From positions 11,295 through 75,294 of the forward strand of contig MGVE01000009.1 of the NCBI GenBank assembly GCA_001800315.1: a DNA stretch of 64,000 nt, given 5' to 3'. This stretch comes from Elusimicrobia bacterium RIFOXYA2_FULL_47_53. Lineage in GTDB: Bacteria > Elusimicrobiota > Endomicrobiia > Endomicrobiales > XYA2-FULL-47-53. Below, one piece after another: positions 10,201 through 19,614 of the stretch (positions are counted from its first letter, which is position 1; each line of letters begins with the position of its first letter). The notes under the pieces were generated by a model that did not search any database, was not told the DNA's origin, and saw only the letters and a program-made list of their open reading frames with translations. A program made the position numbers and the translations under genes.

Positions 10201-10941
10201 TCAAAATTTTATGCCAAGCCCCATATTGTACCCCATGCCGCCGTTCACAAAACCGCCGCCAATATGCAGGTATGTGAAAGGAACCAGGCTTAAATTTATT
10301 CCCGCTTCGGCCCTGACGCCGCTGGCGCTGCCCGTAAGGCTCGTAATGGAAGAATCGGGAGTAATCGTGGTGGAATCCATGCCGACAAGCACATATGGAT
10401 CAACGATCGGTATGTTAAATGAAATTACACCGGCCGCGCTGATTGTCGCGGCTTTAAATTTGTTGGCATCCGACTTTACATCCAGGTTATTATACAGGAC
10501 CTGAACGGAAATGGAAGGAAAAAGCGGTATATTTTCCTTAAGAAGGCCGTATCTTATTCCCAAGCCAGTCATATTCGCGCCTGAATATGCCACATATCTG
10601 CCTATAAGGTCCAGCTTGCCCGGCAGGCCTATTTCAGCCTGCAGCATCGGCAAAGCTATAGCGTCAAGACCTGCGGCCTTGACTATCTTATTGTCATCTG
10701 AAACCGATTTGCCGGATATATGAATTCCTACATCAAACCCCGGAAACCCGAGCGCCTTGCCCTGATGGCAGGCCGCGCCGCCGATAACCGCCCCGAGGTC
10801 AGCGGCGAAACTGTCCAGATTCTTCTGAATAAGGCTTGTTGCTCCTGTTAAATTGCTTGTGAATTCATCAAAAAATGACGCTGAAAACCCTCTTCCGGCT
10901 ACAAAAAACATTAAAATTACCATCAACATGAGCTTTTTCAT
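10201..10941 (-). CDS. Predicted outer-membrane beta-barrel protein (uncharacterised)
   Basis: AGGAGG then ATG at 10941. Signal peptide MKKLMLMVILMFFVAGRGFSA, Gly/Ala-rich alternating pattern, C-terminal ...GLGIKF (aromatic terminus). Confidence 0.6.
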   Translation of the reverse strand: MKKLMLMVILMFFVAGRGFSASFFDEFTSNLTGATSLIQKNLDSFAADLGAVIGGAACHQGKALGFPGFDVGIHISGKSVSDDNKIVKAAGLDAIALPMLQAEIGLPGKLDLIGRYVAYSGANMTGLGIRYGLLKENIPLFPSISVQVLYNNLDVKSDANKFKAATISAAGVISFNIPIVDPYVLVGMDSTTITPDSSITSLTGSASGVRAEAGINLSLVPFTYLHIGGGFVNGGMGYNMGLGIKF

Positions 10942-11060
10942 ATTTTGCCTCCTGTATTTAATAAACATATTGAAAATTCAACACTATCTAAACAATGTGT
11001 CCCATGGACAATAATTATTAGCGGGAGATATCAACATCTTTATCCACAAAACTCACCACC

Positions 11061-11846
11061 CTAAGCTCTTCCTTTTTCCCAGATAAGCCTTATCCCCTCA
11101 AGAGTGAGTTCATTTACTATGTGTTTCACCTCTCTGATCTCGGGTATAATAAGCTGCGCAAGCCCTCCGGTTGCTATTACTTTTGGCTTACCCCCCATCT
11201 CGGCCGATATATTGCTCAAAAGCTCCTTAATCAGCCCTACATACCCATGGTATATGCCCGACTGAATGCTGGCGGCGGTGGTTTTGCCGATGGCTTTCAG
11301 GGGCTTTGCTATGCTGACAAGCGGAAGTTTTGCCGTCCTTTTTGCCAGCGATTCCGCGGATATCATCGGACCCGGAGCTATAGCTCCGCCCATATACTCG
11401 CCTTTTTTGTTTATGCAGTCAAAAGTTGTGGCTGTGCCAAAATCAATAATAATAAGGTTAGCGCCGAAAAACTCCTTGCCGGCCACCGCGTTGGCTATCC
11501 TGTCGGCGCCCACATCGGCCGGATTTGTATAAAGCACATTCATGGGAAGTTTTTCTTTACAGCAGACGAAGAATGCCTTCTGTTTTAAATATTCCCTGGA
11601 AACCTCGGCAAAGACGCTGTCCAGAACGGGCACGACGCTGGCAACCGCGACGGCCCTGATATCGGAAACATTTATGGCGGCGTAATGGAAAAAATCCAGA
11701 ATCTGGGTTCCGTATTCATCGGAGGTATTGGACTTAACCGTGGAAAGCCTCCAGATTTTTGACGGTCCCCGTTTGCTGCGGCCGCCGTCAAATTCAAAAA
11801 GACCGAGCGTAATATTAGTATTGCCTATATCTATGGCTAAAAACAT
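11061..11846 (-). CDS. coaX: Type III pantothenate kinase
   Basis: MFLAIDIGNTNITLG, DVGADRIANAV and IIIDFGTATT are CoaX motifs. Confidence 0.92.
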   Translation of the reverse strand: MFLAIDIGNTNITLGLFEFDGGRSKRGPSKIWRLSTVKSNTSDEYGTQILDFFHYAAINVSDIRAVAVASVVPVLDSVFAEVSREYLKQKAFFVCCKEKLPMNVLYTNPADVGADRIANAVAGKEFFGANLIIIDFGTATTFDCINKKGEYMGGAIAPGPMISAESLAKRTAKLPLVSIAKPLKAIGKTTAASIQSGIYHGYVGLIKELLSNISAEMGGKPKVIATGGLAQLIIPEIREVKHIVNELTLEGIRLIWEKGRA

Positions 11847-12374
11847 TTATGCGTTCCTCCGGAATAAATCCCCGCCGGCCGCGTCGTTCGCGACTATGAC
11901 GGGAAAATCAACGACTTCAAATTTATAAACCGCTTCGGGGCCCAGGTCCTCAAAAGCCACCACCTCGGATTTTTTGACTTTTGAAGACAACAAAGCCGCC
12001 ACGCCGCCAGTCGCGGCAAGATACACGGCGCCGAACTCTTTTAAGGCGTCTCTTACTTCCTGCGCTCTCGGTCCCTTGCCAATTGAAGCTTTAAGCCCCA
12101 TTGACAAAAGTTTTGGCGTAAACTTATCCATCCGCGAAGAGGTGGTGGGGCCGCAGGGGCCGGCGGCACTTCCGGGCTTTGCCGGAGCGGGGCCGCAATA
12201 ATATATTATGGATTTCTCCATGTCAACGGGAAGAGGCCTGCCGCTTTCAATAAGCCCCATGAAGCGCTTGTGAGCGGCGTCACGGGCGGTATAGATGATA
12301 CCGCTTAATAAAATTTTATCTCCGGCTTTTAACTGCGCGGCTTTTGATATTAACTGTTCGGTTGTCAGGTTCAT
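11847..12374 (-). CDS. Class I (Fe-S) fumarate hydratase / tartrate dehydratase, beta subunit
   Basis: 175 aa. GPTTSSRMD and ATGGVAALL are typical of the FumA C-terminal/TtdB family. Confidence 0.88.
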   Translation of the reverse strand: MNLTTEQLISKAAQLKAGDKILLSGIIYTARDAAHKRFMGLIESGRPLPVDMEKSIIYYCGPAPAKPGSAAGPCGPTTSSRMDKFTPKLLSMGLKASIGKGPRAQEVRDALKEFGAVYLAATGGVAALLSSKVKKSEVVAFEDLGPEAVYKFEVVDFPVIVANDAAGGDLFRRNA

Positions 12375-12510
12375 GATAGTATTAAATTAACTCTTTGTGT
12401 ACTCCCTTGACAAAAACATAAAATTCTGCTAATTTCATATTGACGAGTAAGTCCTTGTGCGTGGGGTTCCGTATGGTTCCTCGTAAATAGCGCTCAAGGC
12501 TTTGTCATTT

Positions 12511-13149
12511 TCAGGCAAACAGCGATTTTTCTTCCCTCACCTTGTCGGAAATAATTTTGTAATACGAATCATCTTTTTTTTCAATCTTCCTGAATACAGC
12601 CCAGCAAACGAAATCCACTATCTGTAGGCATTTTTCCTGCGAAGGAGTCCGTATTTCAATTGAAATCATACGCTGATGATTTGAATTTATCTGTTTGTTC
12701 AGATACTCCTTAAAATTCTCATTAAGAAATTTGTTTGTTTCTCTTTTTGACGCTATCAGGGTAATATTATCCAGAGGTATTAGTTTTTTCGTGTAAATCC
12801 TGTCCAACAAGATATTTACAACATAATTGTAAAAAACATGCTTCTCATTATGAAACCTTGTGTATACCTTTTTTTTGTCAAGATAAATTGAAATTATTGA
12901 CACATCTTTTTGAGCCAGCAAAGAAAGCAATCGTTCTCTTGTTTTTGGGTGTTCCTTAACACAATGCAACACTCCGCTGTGATGTCTTATCTCTTTATTG
13001 CTTAAAATAGAAAATACTTTTTTAACTATTTTCTCAACAGGCCTTTTATCATTAACAAAGAGACAGGAAACAACAAAATAATGCGATGTTTTAACCTTAT
13101 CAAAATCAAAGCCCAAATCACCACTTTCATCCAGAAAAATATACGACAA
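12511..13149 (-). CDS. DUF3800-like protein (uncharacterised), AT-rich insertion between the fumarase subunits
   Basis: 212 aa. N-terminal YIFLDESGDLGF (DUF3800-type DE motif). TTG start with GGGGGGA 5 nt upstream. Sample lines give ~30-40% GC versus ~50% in the flanks. Confidence 0.65.
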   Translation of the reverse strand: MSYIFLDESGDLGFDFDKVKTSHYFVVSCLFVNDKRPVEKIVKKVFSILSNKEIRHHSGVLHCVKEHPKTRERLLSLLAQKDVSIISIYLDKKKVYTRFHNEKHVFYNYVVNILLDRIYTKKLIPLDNITLIASKRETNKFLNENFKEYLNKQINSNHQRMISIEIRTPSQEKCLQIVDFVCWAVFRKIEKKDDSYYKIISDKVREEKSLFA

Positions 13150-13167
13150 GCTATCCCCCCAACGCTG

Positions 13168-14007
13168 TCAAATTATTCCCGTTATCCTTCTGCAGGAGTG
13201 GCACTGCATGCTTACCGCGACCGGCAGAGAGGCTATGTGGCAGGGAGCCGGCTCTATGTGCACGGCCAGGGCCGTTGTCCTGCCGCCCAGGCCCATGGGG
13301 CCGATACCCAGTTCGTTAATATCTTTTAGAAGTTCTTTTTCTTTTGCCTCGTAGCCAGCGTTTTTGGCTCCGGAACCGATTTCGCGCAGGAGGGCTTTCT
13401 TTGCCAGCTTCGCCACACCGGAAAAACTTCCTCCGATACCAACACCGACTACAAGCGGCGGACAGGAGTTGACTCCCTTTTCCCTGATCAGCTCAAGAAT
13501 AAAATCCTTTATGTCCTGCCAGGAAGCCGAGGGCGTGAACATTTTAAGGGCGCTGGCATTTTCACTGCCGCCGCCCTTTGGCAGAATGGTTATCTCTATT
13601 TTTTCGCCAGGCGCGGAATCAATATACAACTGGACCGGAGTGTTGTTCAAAGTGTTTTTTCTCTCAAAGGGGTCATTGACTATTGATGTCCTGAGATAGC
13701 CGCCGGTGTACCCCTGCGCGACGCCATTATTGACAGCCTCTTCCAAAGTGCCGCCGGTTACCGCGACGCCGCCCCCAAGCTTAATAAAAACCTCCGCGAT
13801 ACCGGTGTCCTGGCAAAGAGCGATCTCATTTTTCGTGGCGCTCCGGGCGTTTTGCAGAATTTCGCCTAAAATGTCGCGGGCCGATCCGTTTTCTTTCTGA
13901 TAGGCGGCCTCTATTGAGCGCCAGACATCCCCGGGCAGAAAATAATTCGCCTGCTGGCAAAGTTTCGCCACGGCTTCGGATATTTTTTTAGCTTCCACCT
14001 GCCTCAT
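13168..14007 (-). CDS. Class I (Fe-S) fumarate hydratase / tartrate dehydratase, alpha subunit
   Basis: 279 aa. ALCQDTGIAEVF and cluster cysteines are consistent with the FumA N-terminal/TtdA family. Confidence 0.88.
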   Translation of the reverse strand: MRQVEAKKISEAVAKLCQQANYFLPGDVWRSIEAAYQKENGSARDILGEILQNARSATKNEIALCQDTGIAEVFIKLGGGVAVTGGTLEEAVNNGVAQGYTGGYLRTSIVNDPFERKNTLNNTPVQLYIDSAPGEKIEITILPKGGGSENASALKMFTPSASWQDIKDFILELIREKGVNSCPPLVVGVGIGGSFSGVAKLAKKALLREIGSGAKNAGYEAKEKELLKDINELGIGPMGLGGRTTALAVHIEPAPCHIASLPVAVSMQCHSCRRITGII

Positions 14008-14018
14008 ACTTTTCCTTC

Positions 14019-15344
14019 TTACGGTTTAATAAAACCTTTTTTCATCATGTTCTGGGTTATCGCGCGGCTGCGGGTAATCATCGCCTTTGCCTGGCTGTAT
14101 ATTTTTGAGCGCGAAAGTTTTATATCAGCTATCTGCTGTTCAATGGCCTTCATTCCTACGGCAGCCGCGACCCTCGGATAGACATCCCAGTCATCCATCG
14201 TGGGAAGTATCTGAGTGGGTTTAAGCCTGCTTTCTTTAATGCAGGCAGCGAGTTCTAACGCGGCCGTAATGCACATCTCGTCGGTTATCGTGGAGGCTCT
14301 GACATCAAGCGTCCCGCGGAAAACGCCCGGGAAACCCAGCGAGTTATTCACCTGGTTTGGAAAATCGCTTCTGCCGGTGGCCACGATAAAAGCTCCCGCC
14401 TCTTTGGCTTCCCAGGGCCATATTTCGGGCACGGGATTAGCGCAAACGAAGACGATGGGATTCGGCGCCATCTTTTTTATCCATTCTTTTTTTATAACTC
14501 CGGGCCCGGGCGCCGAAAGAGCTATTACGGCATCGGCATTCTCAAGCGCCTCGGCCGTGCCGCCGACAATATTCTGGCCATTTGTTATGCGGCACATCTC
14601 CCATTTTTCATGATACCCCGATTTTAATTCTGTCCTGCCGCGGTGAAGAGTGCCTTCGGAATCCGTCATCACTATTTTCAGCGGGTCGGCGCCGAATTTC
14701 ATCAGCAAACTCGCTATCCTGATATTCGCCGCGCCGGCTCCGACAAGAGTTATCTTTACCGATGATATTTTTTTCTTAGCCAGCTTAAGTGCATTGATAA
14801 ATCCCGCGAGGGTCACAAGCGCGGTTCCCTGCTGGTCATCGTGCCACACCGGTATGCGGCATTCTTTTCTGAGCCTGTTTAATATGGGGAAGCACTTGGG
14901 CTGTTCTATATCCTCTAAATTAATCCCGCCGAAGGAAGGCTGCAGGATTTTAACGGTCTCAATGATTTTATCCTGGTCTTTAGTGTCAAGACAAATGGGA
15001 AAAGCGTCCACCGCACCGAGATACTTAAACAACAGCGCCTTGCCTTCCATAACCGGCAGGCCGGCCTCAGGGCCTATGTTGCCAAGCCCCAGCACCCTTG
15101 TTCCGTCAGAAACTATCGCTATAGTGTTCCATTTATTCGTGAACTCGTACACAAGCTCCGGATTGGCGTAAATGTCTTTGCAGACCGCGGCCACCCCCGG
15201 GCTGTACCATACGGCGAAATCGTCAAAGCTCTTCACGCGGCACTTTGGCAGAATTTCTATTTTACCTTTATAATATGGGTGCAGTTTCCTGGCCAGTTTA
15301 GACGGTTTTTCAGCCGCCTTAAGCAGTTTGTTCACATTTTTCAT
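14019..15344 (-). CDS. NAD(P)-dependent malic enzyme (short form)
   Basis: 441 aa. YSPGVA, VSDGTRVLGLGNIG and the LVGAGAANI Rossmann motif. Confidence 0.92.
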   Translation of the reverse strand: MKNVNKLLKAAEKPSKLARKLHPYYKGKIEILPKCRVKSFDDFAVWYSPGVAAVCKDIYANPELVYEFTNKWNTIAIVSDGTRVLGLGNIGPEAGLPVMEGKALLFKYLGAVDAFPICLDTKDQDKIIETVKILQPSFGGINLEDIEQPKCFPILNRLRKECRIPVWHDDQQGTALVTLAGFINALKLAKKKISSVKITLVGAGAANIRIASLLMKFGADPLKIVMTDSEGTLHRGRTELKSGYHEKWEMCRITNGQNIVGGTAEALENADAVIALSAPGPGVIKKEWIKKMAPNPIVFVCANPVPEIWPWEAKEAGAFIVATGRSDFPNQVNNSLGFPGVFRGTLDVRASTITDEMCITAALELAACIKESRLKPTQILPTMDDWDVYPRVAAAVGMKAIEQQIADIKLSRSKIYSQAKAMITRSRAITQNMMKKGFIKP

Positions 15345-15372
15345 TAATTATCCCTTTCCCTAAAAAATATAA

Positions 15373-15396
15373 CGAACGGGGGATTTTTCCCGTTCG
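15373..15396 (-). terminator. Intrinsic terminator after the GAF/HD-GYP gene
   Basis: The minus strand reads CGAACGGG-AAAAATCC-CCCGTTCG followed by TTATATTTTTTA. Confidence 0.65.
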
Positions 15397-15417
15397 CAGG
15401 CACTGATAAAACTCTAT

Positions 15418-16494
15418 TTATACGGCTGCTTCAAAAAATTCTTTCAGAAACAGACCGACTATCTCCGGATCAAACCTGGTTTCCTGCCCCAGTTTGAGCA
15501 TCGCTCTTACCTTCTCTTCAGCCAGGCCGCTCATCCTCATTTCATCAACCGCTTCCGCCACAGCCACTATCCTGGCGCCAAGCGGGATCGCCTCGCCTTT
15601 TATCCCGTCGGGATATCCGGTGCCGTCAAAATTTTCGTGATGATGCCGCACTATGGCAACCGCGCCTTTGAGGAGATTTATGTTTTTAATCATTTCCGAA
15701 CCAAGTTTGGGATGGTTTGTCTCGGCGTCGCGGCCGCGGACAGTCACTATGCCTTCGTTTATGGAAAGATCATCGTGGATATTTATAATTCCGATATCGT
15801 GCAAAAGCGCGCCGTAGTATATGTCTTTATAAACTTTCTCTGAAATCTTCATCTGCTTGGCAAGCGAAGTGGAAAGCTGGGCGACCCGCCAGGAATGGCC
15901 GGAGAGATTTTTGTTTTTAGACTCAATGGCCTGGGTGAGAATTTCAATTATATTAACAAAAAAGTTTCTCTGATCCTCGGAAGTCCTGGCGTTATTAATA
16001 CTGACCGCGGCGAGTGAAGCGACGCTTTCAAGCGCCGAGGTGTCATTGTCGTCAAATTCTCCGCCGCTGTTTTTATTGAGAACCTCAACAATACCGATAA
16101 GCTCTTTTTCTATCATCATGGGAACGCAGATTATTGACCTTGTAACGAAACCCGATGTTTTATCCATCAGGGCATTGAACCTGGGGTCCTTTGACACATC
16201 GTTTACTATCAAGGGCTTCTGTTCTTTAGCGACCAGCCCGGCTATTCCCTGGCCGACCTTAACTTTCATTTTCTGGACCACTCCGCCCTTTTCGCCGGTA
16301 GCGACCTTAAAGGAAAGCGTCTCCTTGTCGTCGTCAAGAAGCATTATGGATGACGCCTCGGCATCCAGCATTCTCTCAGCGACGCCGCCGATACGCTTGA
16401 GCAGGGCGTCCACATCAAGAATAGACGATATGCCTTTGGCTATATCAAATATTTCTTTTAAGCATTCAATTTTGGTTTTTGATTCTTTCGCCAT
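15418..16494 (-). CDS. GAF domain + HD-GYP c-di-GMP phosphodiesterase
   Basis: 358 aa. N-terminal GAF-like region, then LLHDIG and HHENFDGTGYPDG motifs. Confidence 0.88.
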   Translation of the reverse strand: MAKESKTKIECLKEIFDIAKGISSILDVDALLKRIGGVAERMLDAEASSIMLLDDDKETLSFKVATGEKGGVVQKMKVKVGQGIAGLVAKEQKPLIVNDVSKDPRFNALMDKTSGFVTRSIICVPMMIEKELIGIVEVLNKNSGGEFDDNDTSALESVASLAAVSINNARTSEDQRNFFVNIIEILTQAIESKNKNLSGHSWRVAQLSTSLAKQMKISEKVYKDIYYGALLHDIGIINIHDDLSINEGIVTVRGRDAETNHPKLGSEMIKNINLLKGAVAIVRHHHENFDGTGYPDGIKGEAIPLGARIVAVAEAVDEMRMSGLAEEKVRAMLKLGQETRFDPEIVGLFLKEFFEAAV

Positions 16495-16508
16495 TTTATT
16501 CTCCCGGC

Positions 16509-18233
16509 CTATTGCGCGACAGCCAGTATTTCCTCTACGGTAGTAAGTCCCATTGTAACTTTGACAAGGCCGTCTTCAAGCAGAGTCCTCATTCCGTTTT
16601 TGCGGGCAAGTTCTCTCACGGGGCCCGCCGCGATTTCCTTAAGCAGGAGCGCGCGGATCTGGTCGTCCATCACAAGCAGTTCGTGAATGCCGGCACGCCC
16701 TTTGTACCCGCCGTGGTTGCAGACATCGCAGCCGCGCCCTCTGTAAAATACCGCCTTGGAGGTGTCTATATTATTTTTGTGCAGATAGTCTATGTATTCC
16801 TTCTCCAGTTCAACCTTTTCCTTGCATTCGGGGCATATCCTTCTGACAAGCCTCTGGGCCAGTATGCACTCTATGGACGAGGAAATAAGAAAGCTCGGTA
16901 TGCCCATTTCGTGAAGTCGAGCCACGGCCGAGGGCGCGTCATTCGTATGTATGGTGGAAAACACAAGATGTCCAGTCATGGCGGCTTCCATAGCTATCTG
17001 GGCGGTTTCCTTATCTCTTATTTCTCCGACCATTATAACATCTGGGTCCTGCCTGAGGAAGGAACGCAGGGCCGCGGCAAAATCAAAACCAATTTCCTGC
17101 ACAACATTTACCTGAATAATTCCGGGCAGATTGTATTCCACGGGGTTTTCGGCCGTAAGAATTTTTGTGTCGGGAGAATTGATGGAGTTTAAAGCCGCGT
17201 AGAGAGTCGTGGATTTACCCGAACCGGTCGGGCCGCAGACCAATATCAGACCGTAAGGCTTTGAAAGCGAGGCCCTGAATTTTTCTATCGTATCCGGCAG
17301 AAAGCCCATCTTGTCCATATCCACCCTGACCGAGGCGCGGTCTAACACACGCATCACGCAGGATTCTCCGAAAACCGTGGGAACAATATTTACGCGGAAC
17401 TCAATGGGGTTGCCTTTCGCCATTACCTGAATGCGGCCGTCCTGGGGGCGGCGGCGTTCGGTTATATCCATCTGCTCCGTCATGATTTTTAGTTTTGCTA
17501 TTATGGCGTTTCTGTACGAGTACGGAACCTGGAACGGGGCCTCTCTGAGCGCTCCGTCCACCCTGTATCTTACCATAAAAGTTTTCTCAAACGGCTCTAT
17601 GTGAATATCGGAAGCCTTCTGCTGAAGCGCCCCGAGAATTATGGCGTTTACAAGCCTTTCAACTTCGGGAGCCGAGGCGTCAACTTCAGTAACTTCAACT
17701 TTCTGATCTTCTTTCTCGGCAAGCTTAATGTCATCGCTTGATTCTTCTTTCAGGGTTCCTATTATCTGGTCAAGCTTAACCGCTCCTGCAAGGCCGTAGG
17801 CCTTATCCAGGACTTTACTAATGTCTTCAGGCAGAGCAAGGTAAGGCTGAACCTCAAAATTAGTACGCAGCTGTATGTCTTCAATTACAAAAAAATCTTT
17901 GGGATCCGACATGGCCACAAAGAGGATATTATCTTCTTTGACAAAAGGGACGGCCCTGTGCCTTCTGGCGGCAGCCTCCGGTATTACTTTTACGGTCTCG
18001 GGGTCTATCTCAATCTCGTCAAGGTTCACGGCTTTCACGCCCCATTCCTGGGAAAGCGTGCGCAAGAGGTCCACGCGGCTCATCAAATTGATGCGGACCA
18101 CGACCGACTGCAGGGGTTCGTTTGTTTTTTTGGATTCTTCTGCTGCCAGGTTTAATTGTTCTTCGGTGAGAATTTTATTGTCAAAGAGTATTTCTTTGAC
18201 TGTTTTTCTGCGGACAGCACTTTTTGAGCTCAT
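16509..18233 (-). CDS. GspE/PilB-family secretion ATPase (type II secretion / type IV pilus)
   Basis: T2SSE_N-type N-domain, Walker A GPTGSGKST, tetracysteine CPECK...CDVC. The start is moved to the ATG at 18233 (MSSKSAV...). Confidence 0.9.
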   Translation of the reverse strand: MSSKSAVRRKTVKEILFDNKILTEEQLNLAAEESKKTNEPLQSVVVRINLMSRVDLLRTLSQEWGVKAVNLDEIEIDPETVKVIPEAAARRHRAVPFVKEDNILFVAMSDPKDFFVIEDIQLRTNFEVQPYLALPEDISKVLDKAYGLAGAVKLDQIIGTLKEESSDDIKLAEKEDQKVEVTEVDASAPEVERLVNAIILGALQQKASDIHIEPFEKTFMVRYRVDGALREAPFQVPYSYRNAIIAKLKIMTEQMDITERRRPQDGRIQVMAKGNPIEFRVNIVPTVFGESCVMRVLDRASVRVDMDKMGFLPDTIEKFRASLSKPYGLILVCGPTGSGKSTTLYAALNSINSPDTKILTAENPVEYNLPGIIQVNVVQEIGFDFAAALRSFLRQDPDVIMVGEIRDKETAQIAMEAAMTGHLVFSTIHTNDAPSAVARLHEMGIPSFLISSSIECILAQRLVRRICPECKEKVELEKEYIDYLHKNNIDTSKAVFYRGRGCDVCNHGGYKGRAGIHELLVMDDQIRALLLKEIAAGPVRELARKNGMRTLLEDGLVKVTMGLTTVEEILAVAQ

Positions 18234-18388
18234 AAGATACCCATCCCTAGGATAGATGCTGTTTAATAAACTCTTGACGGAAGCCCGGCCTCGGGCCTCA
18301 ACATGGATTATATATGAATTTGCCGCAAAAATCAACAAAAATATTGCTTAATTTTTGCCAACAAATAAGGAGCGAGTGGGTAAGCCGG

Positions 18389-19612
18389 TCAGTAGCTGTA
18401 GTTAAAGCTTATGCCGAAGGAATGTCCGTCGTAGTTGTAAGGCAGGTATTTTTCAAATTTCATGTTTGAAGTCTGGGACTGATAGCCGTAGTAGAATACC
18501 GTTCTTGTCACTTCATTGGGCTTTAAGGTAAAACCGGTGGAAACGATCATAAGGCTGTTGCCCTGAGTGCCGTCAACAAAATTGTTTTCCATGTCTCTGG
18601 GCGGACGGGCGGAGTAGAATCTCCAGTCCCATTCAGTATTAAAGAAATATTCCCATCTGGATCCGAGCATTACTGAAACCGGTATTACTATGCTCAACTC
18701 CTGGTAATCGTAGTATTTGCCGATATACTTCACCGGAACCGTTGATGTAGCCACCGTGAAATGCTGGTAATTCTGGTTTGATGTCTTTATTTTGTAGCCC
18801 AAAGACGGGGTCAGTACCAGCAGGTCCCATAATTTGCGCGTATAATCCGCTGAAAAAGCTATCGTCATATCTTTCTGCAGTTCGGCCGAATAATAGGTTC
18901 CGTCGGCTTGAATTGAATCTGTAATAACCTTCTGTTTCTGGTAATTGAGCATTGAAACATCAAGCCCGCCGTTAATATCCTTGTATGTGGCCTTCAGCCC
19001 CGCCTGAATAATGCCATGGTTCTGCTTGCCGGTAGAGGCCTCGGCGTCCTCGCCTCCCGTCTGAAATTCGGAGAGAAGGTCGGTATAGTTCGGGAATGAA
19101 AGAAAATGATACTGCAACTGAGCCGTGGCTTTTAAATCGGCGTTTATTTTCCTTTCCAGGCCAAGAGATCCCCCGGCGCGGTTGAAATCGTAAAGGCCGC
19201 TGCCCCACACCTCGTTTGTGCCGGTTCTTTTATACTCCGTCATGTAGTCAAACTGTGTTTTAAGCGTATACTCCGGCATGAAATTATAGTGGTGGCGCAA
19301 AACCATTATGTGATCCATGGCCCGGTCGGAGAATTTCTCCCCTTCCTGCTTGCGAAACCCGGGACCCGTATACTTTAATTCATAAAATCCTATTATCCGG
19401 TGTTTTTCGCTCGGCTGGACTATCAGTCCGAGATCGTTGACGAGATTTGCCGAAAACATCCAGTTGCCCTTATTGGGAACCGTTATGCCTTCGGTAAATG
19501 AAAGCGAGTAATAGGGGGCTATCTTCAGATCGGCCGCGACGGCGGAGGCGGACGCGAAAATAACCGCGGAAAGAAGTGATAATTTAATCAGCGTTCTCAT
19601 AGTTTTTTTCAT
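18389..19612 (-). CDS. Predicted outer-membrane beta-barrel protein (uncharacterised)
   Basis: 407 aa. Signal peptide ...ASASAVA, alternating beta-strand pattern, C-terminal FGISFNYSY. Confidence 0.6.
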   Translation of the reverse strand: MKKTMRTLIKLSLLSAVIFASASAVAADLKIAPYYSLSFTEGITVPNKGNWMFSANLVNDLGLIVQPSEKHRIIGFYELKYTGPGFRKQEGEKFSDRAMDHIMVLRHHYNFMPEYTLKTQFDYMTEYKRTGTNEVWGSGLYDFNRAGGSLGLERKINADLKATAQLQYHFLSFPNYTDLLSEFQTGGEDAEASTGKQNHGIIQAGLKATYKDINGGLDVSMLNYQKQKVITDSIQADGTYYSAELQKDMTIAFSADYTRKLWDLLVLTPSLGYKIKTSNQNYQHFTVATSTVPVKYIGKYYDYQELSIVIPVSVMLGSRWEYFFNTEWDWRFYSARPPRDMENNFVDGTQGNSLMIVSTGFTLKPNEVTRTVFYYGYQSQTSNMKFEKYLPYNYDGHSFGISFNYSY

Positions 19613-19614
19613 GA

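Noticed and set aside
13147-13170. The DUF3800 ORF is in the same frame as the fumarase alpha subunit, separated only by TGA plus six codons. This raised the idea of stop-codon read-through producing a fusion.
   Set aside because: Being in frame has a one-in-three chance. A G-rich SD precedes the TTG start, and nothing else suggests recoding.
17950-18233. Possible c-di-GMP-binding MshEN motif in the N-domain of the GspE/PilB ATPase.
   Set aside because: The conserved RLG..(L/V/I)..G positions are replaced (TVKEILFDNKIL...), so the motif is not supported by the sequence alone.
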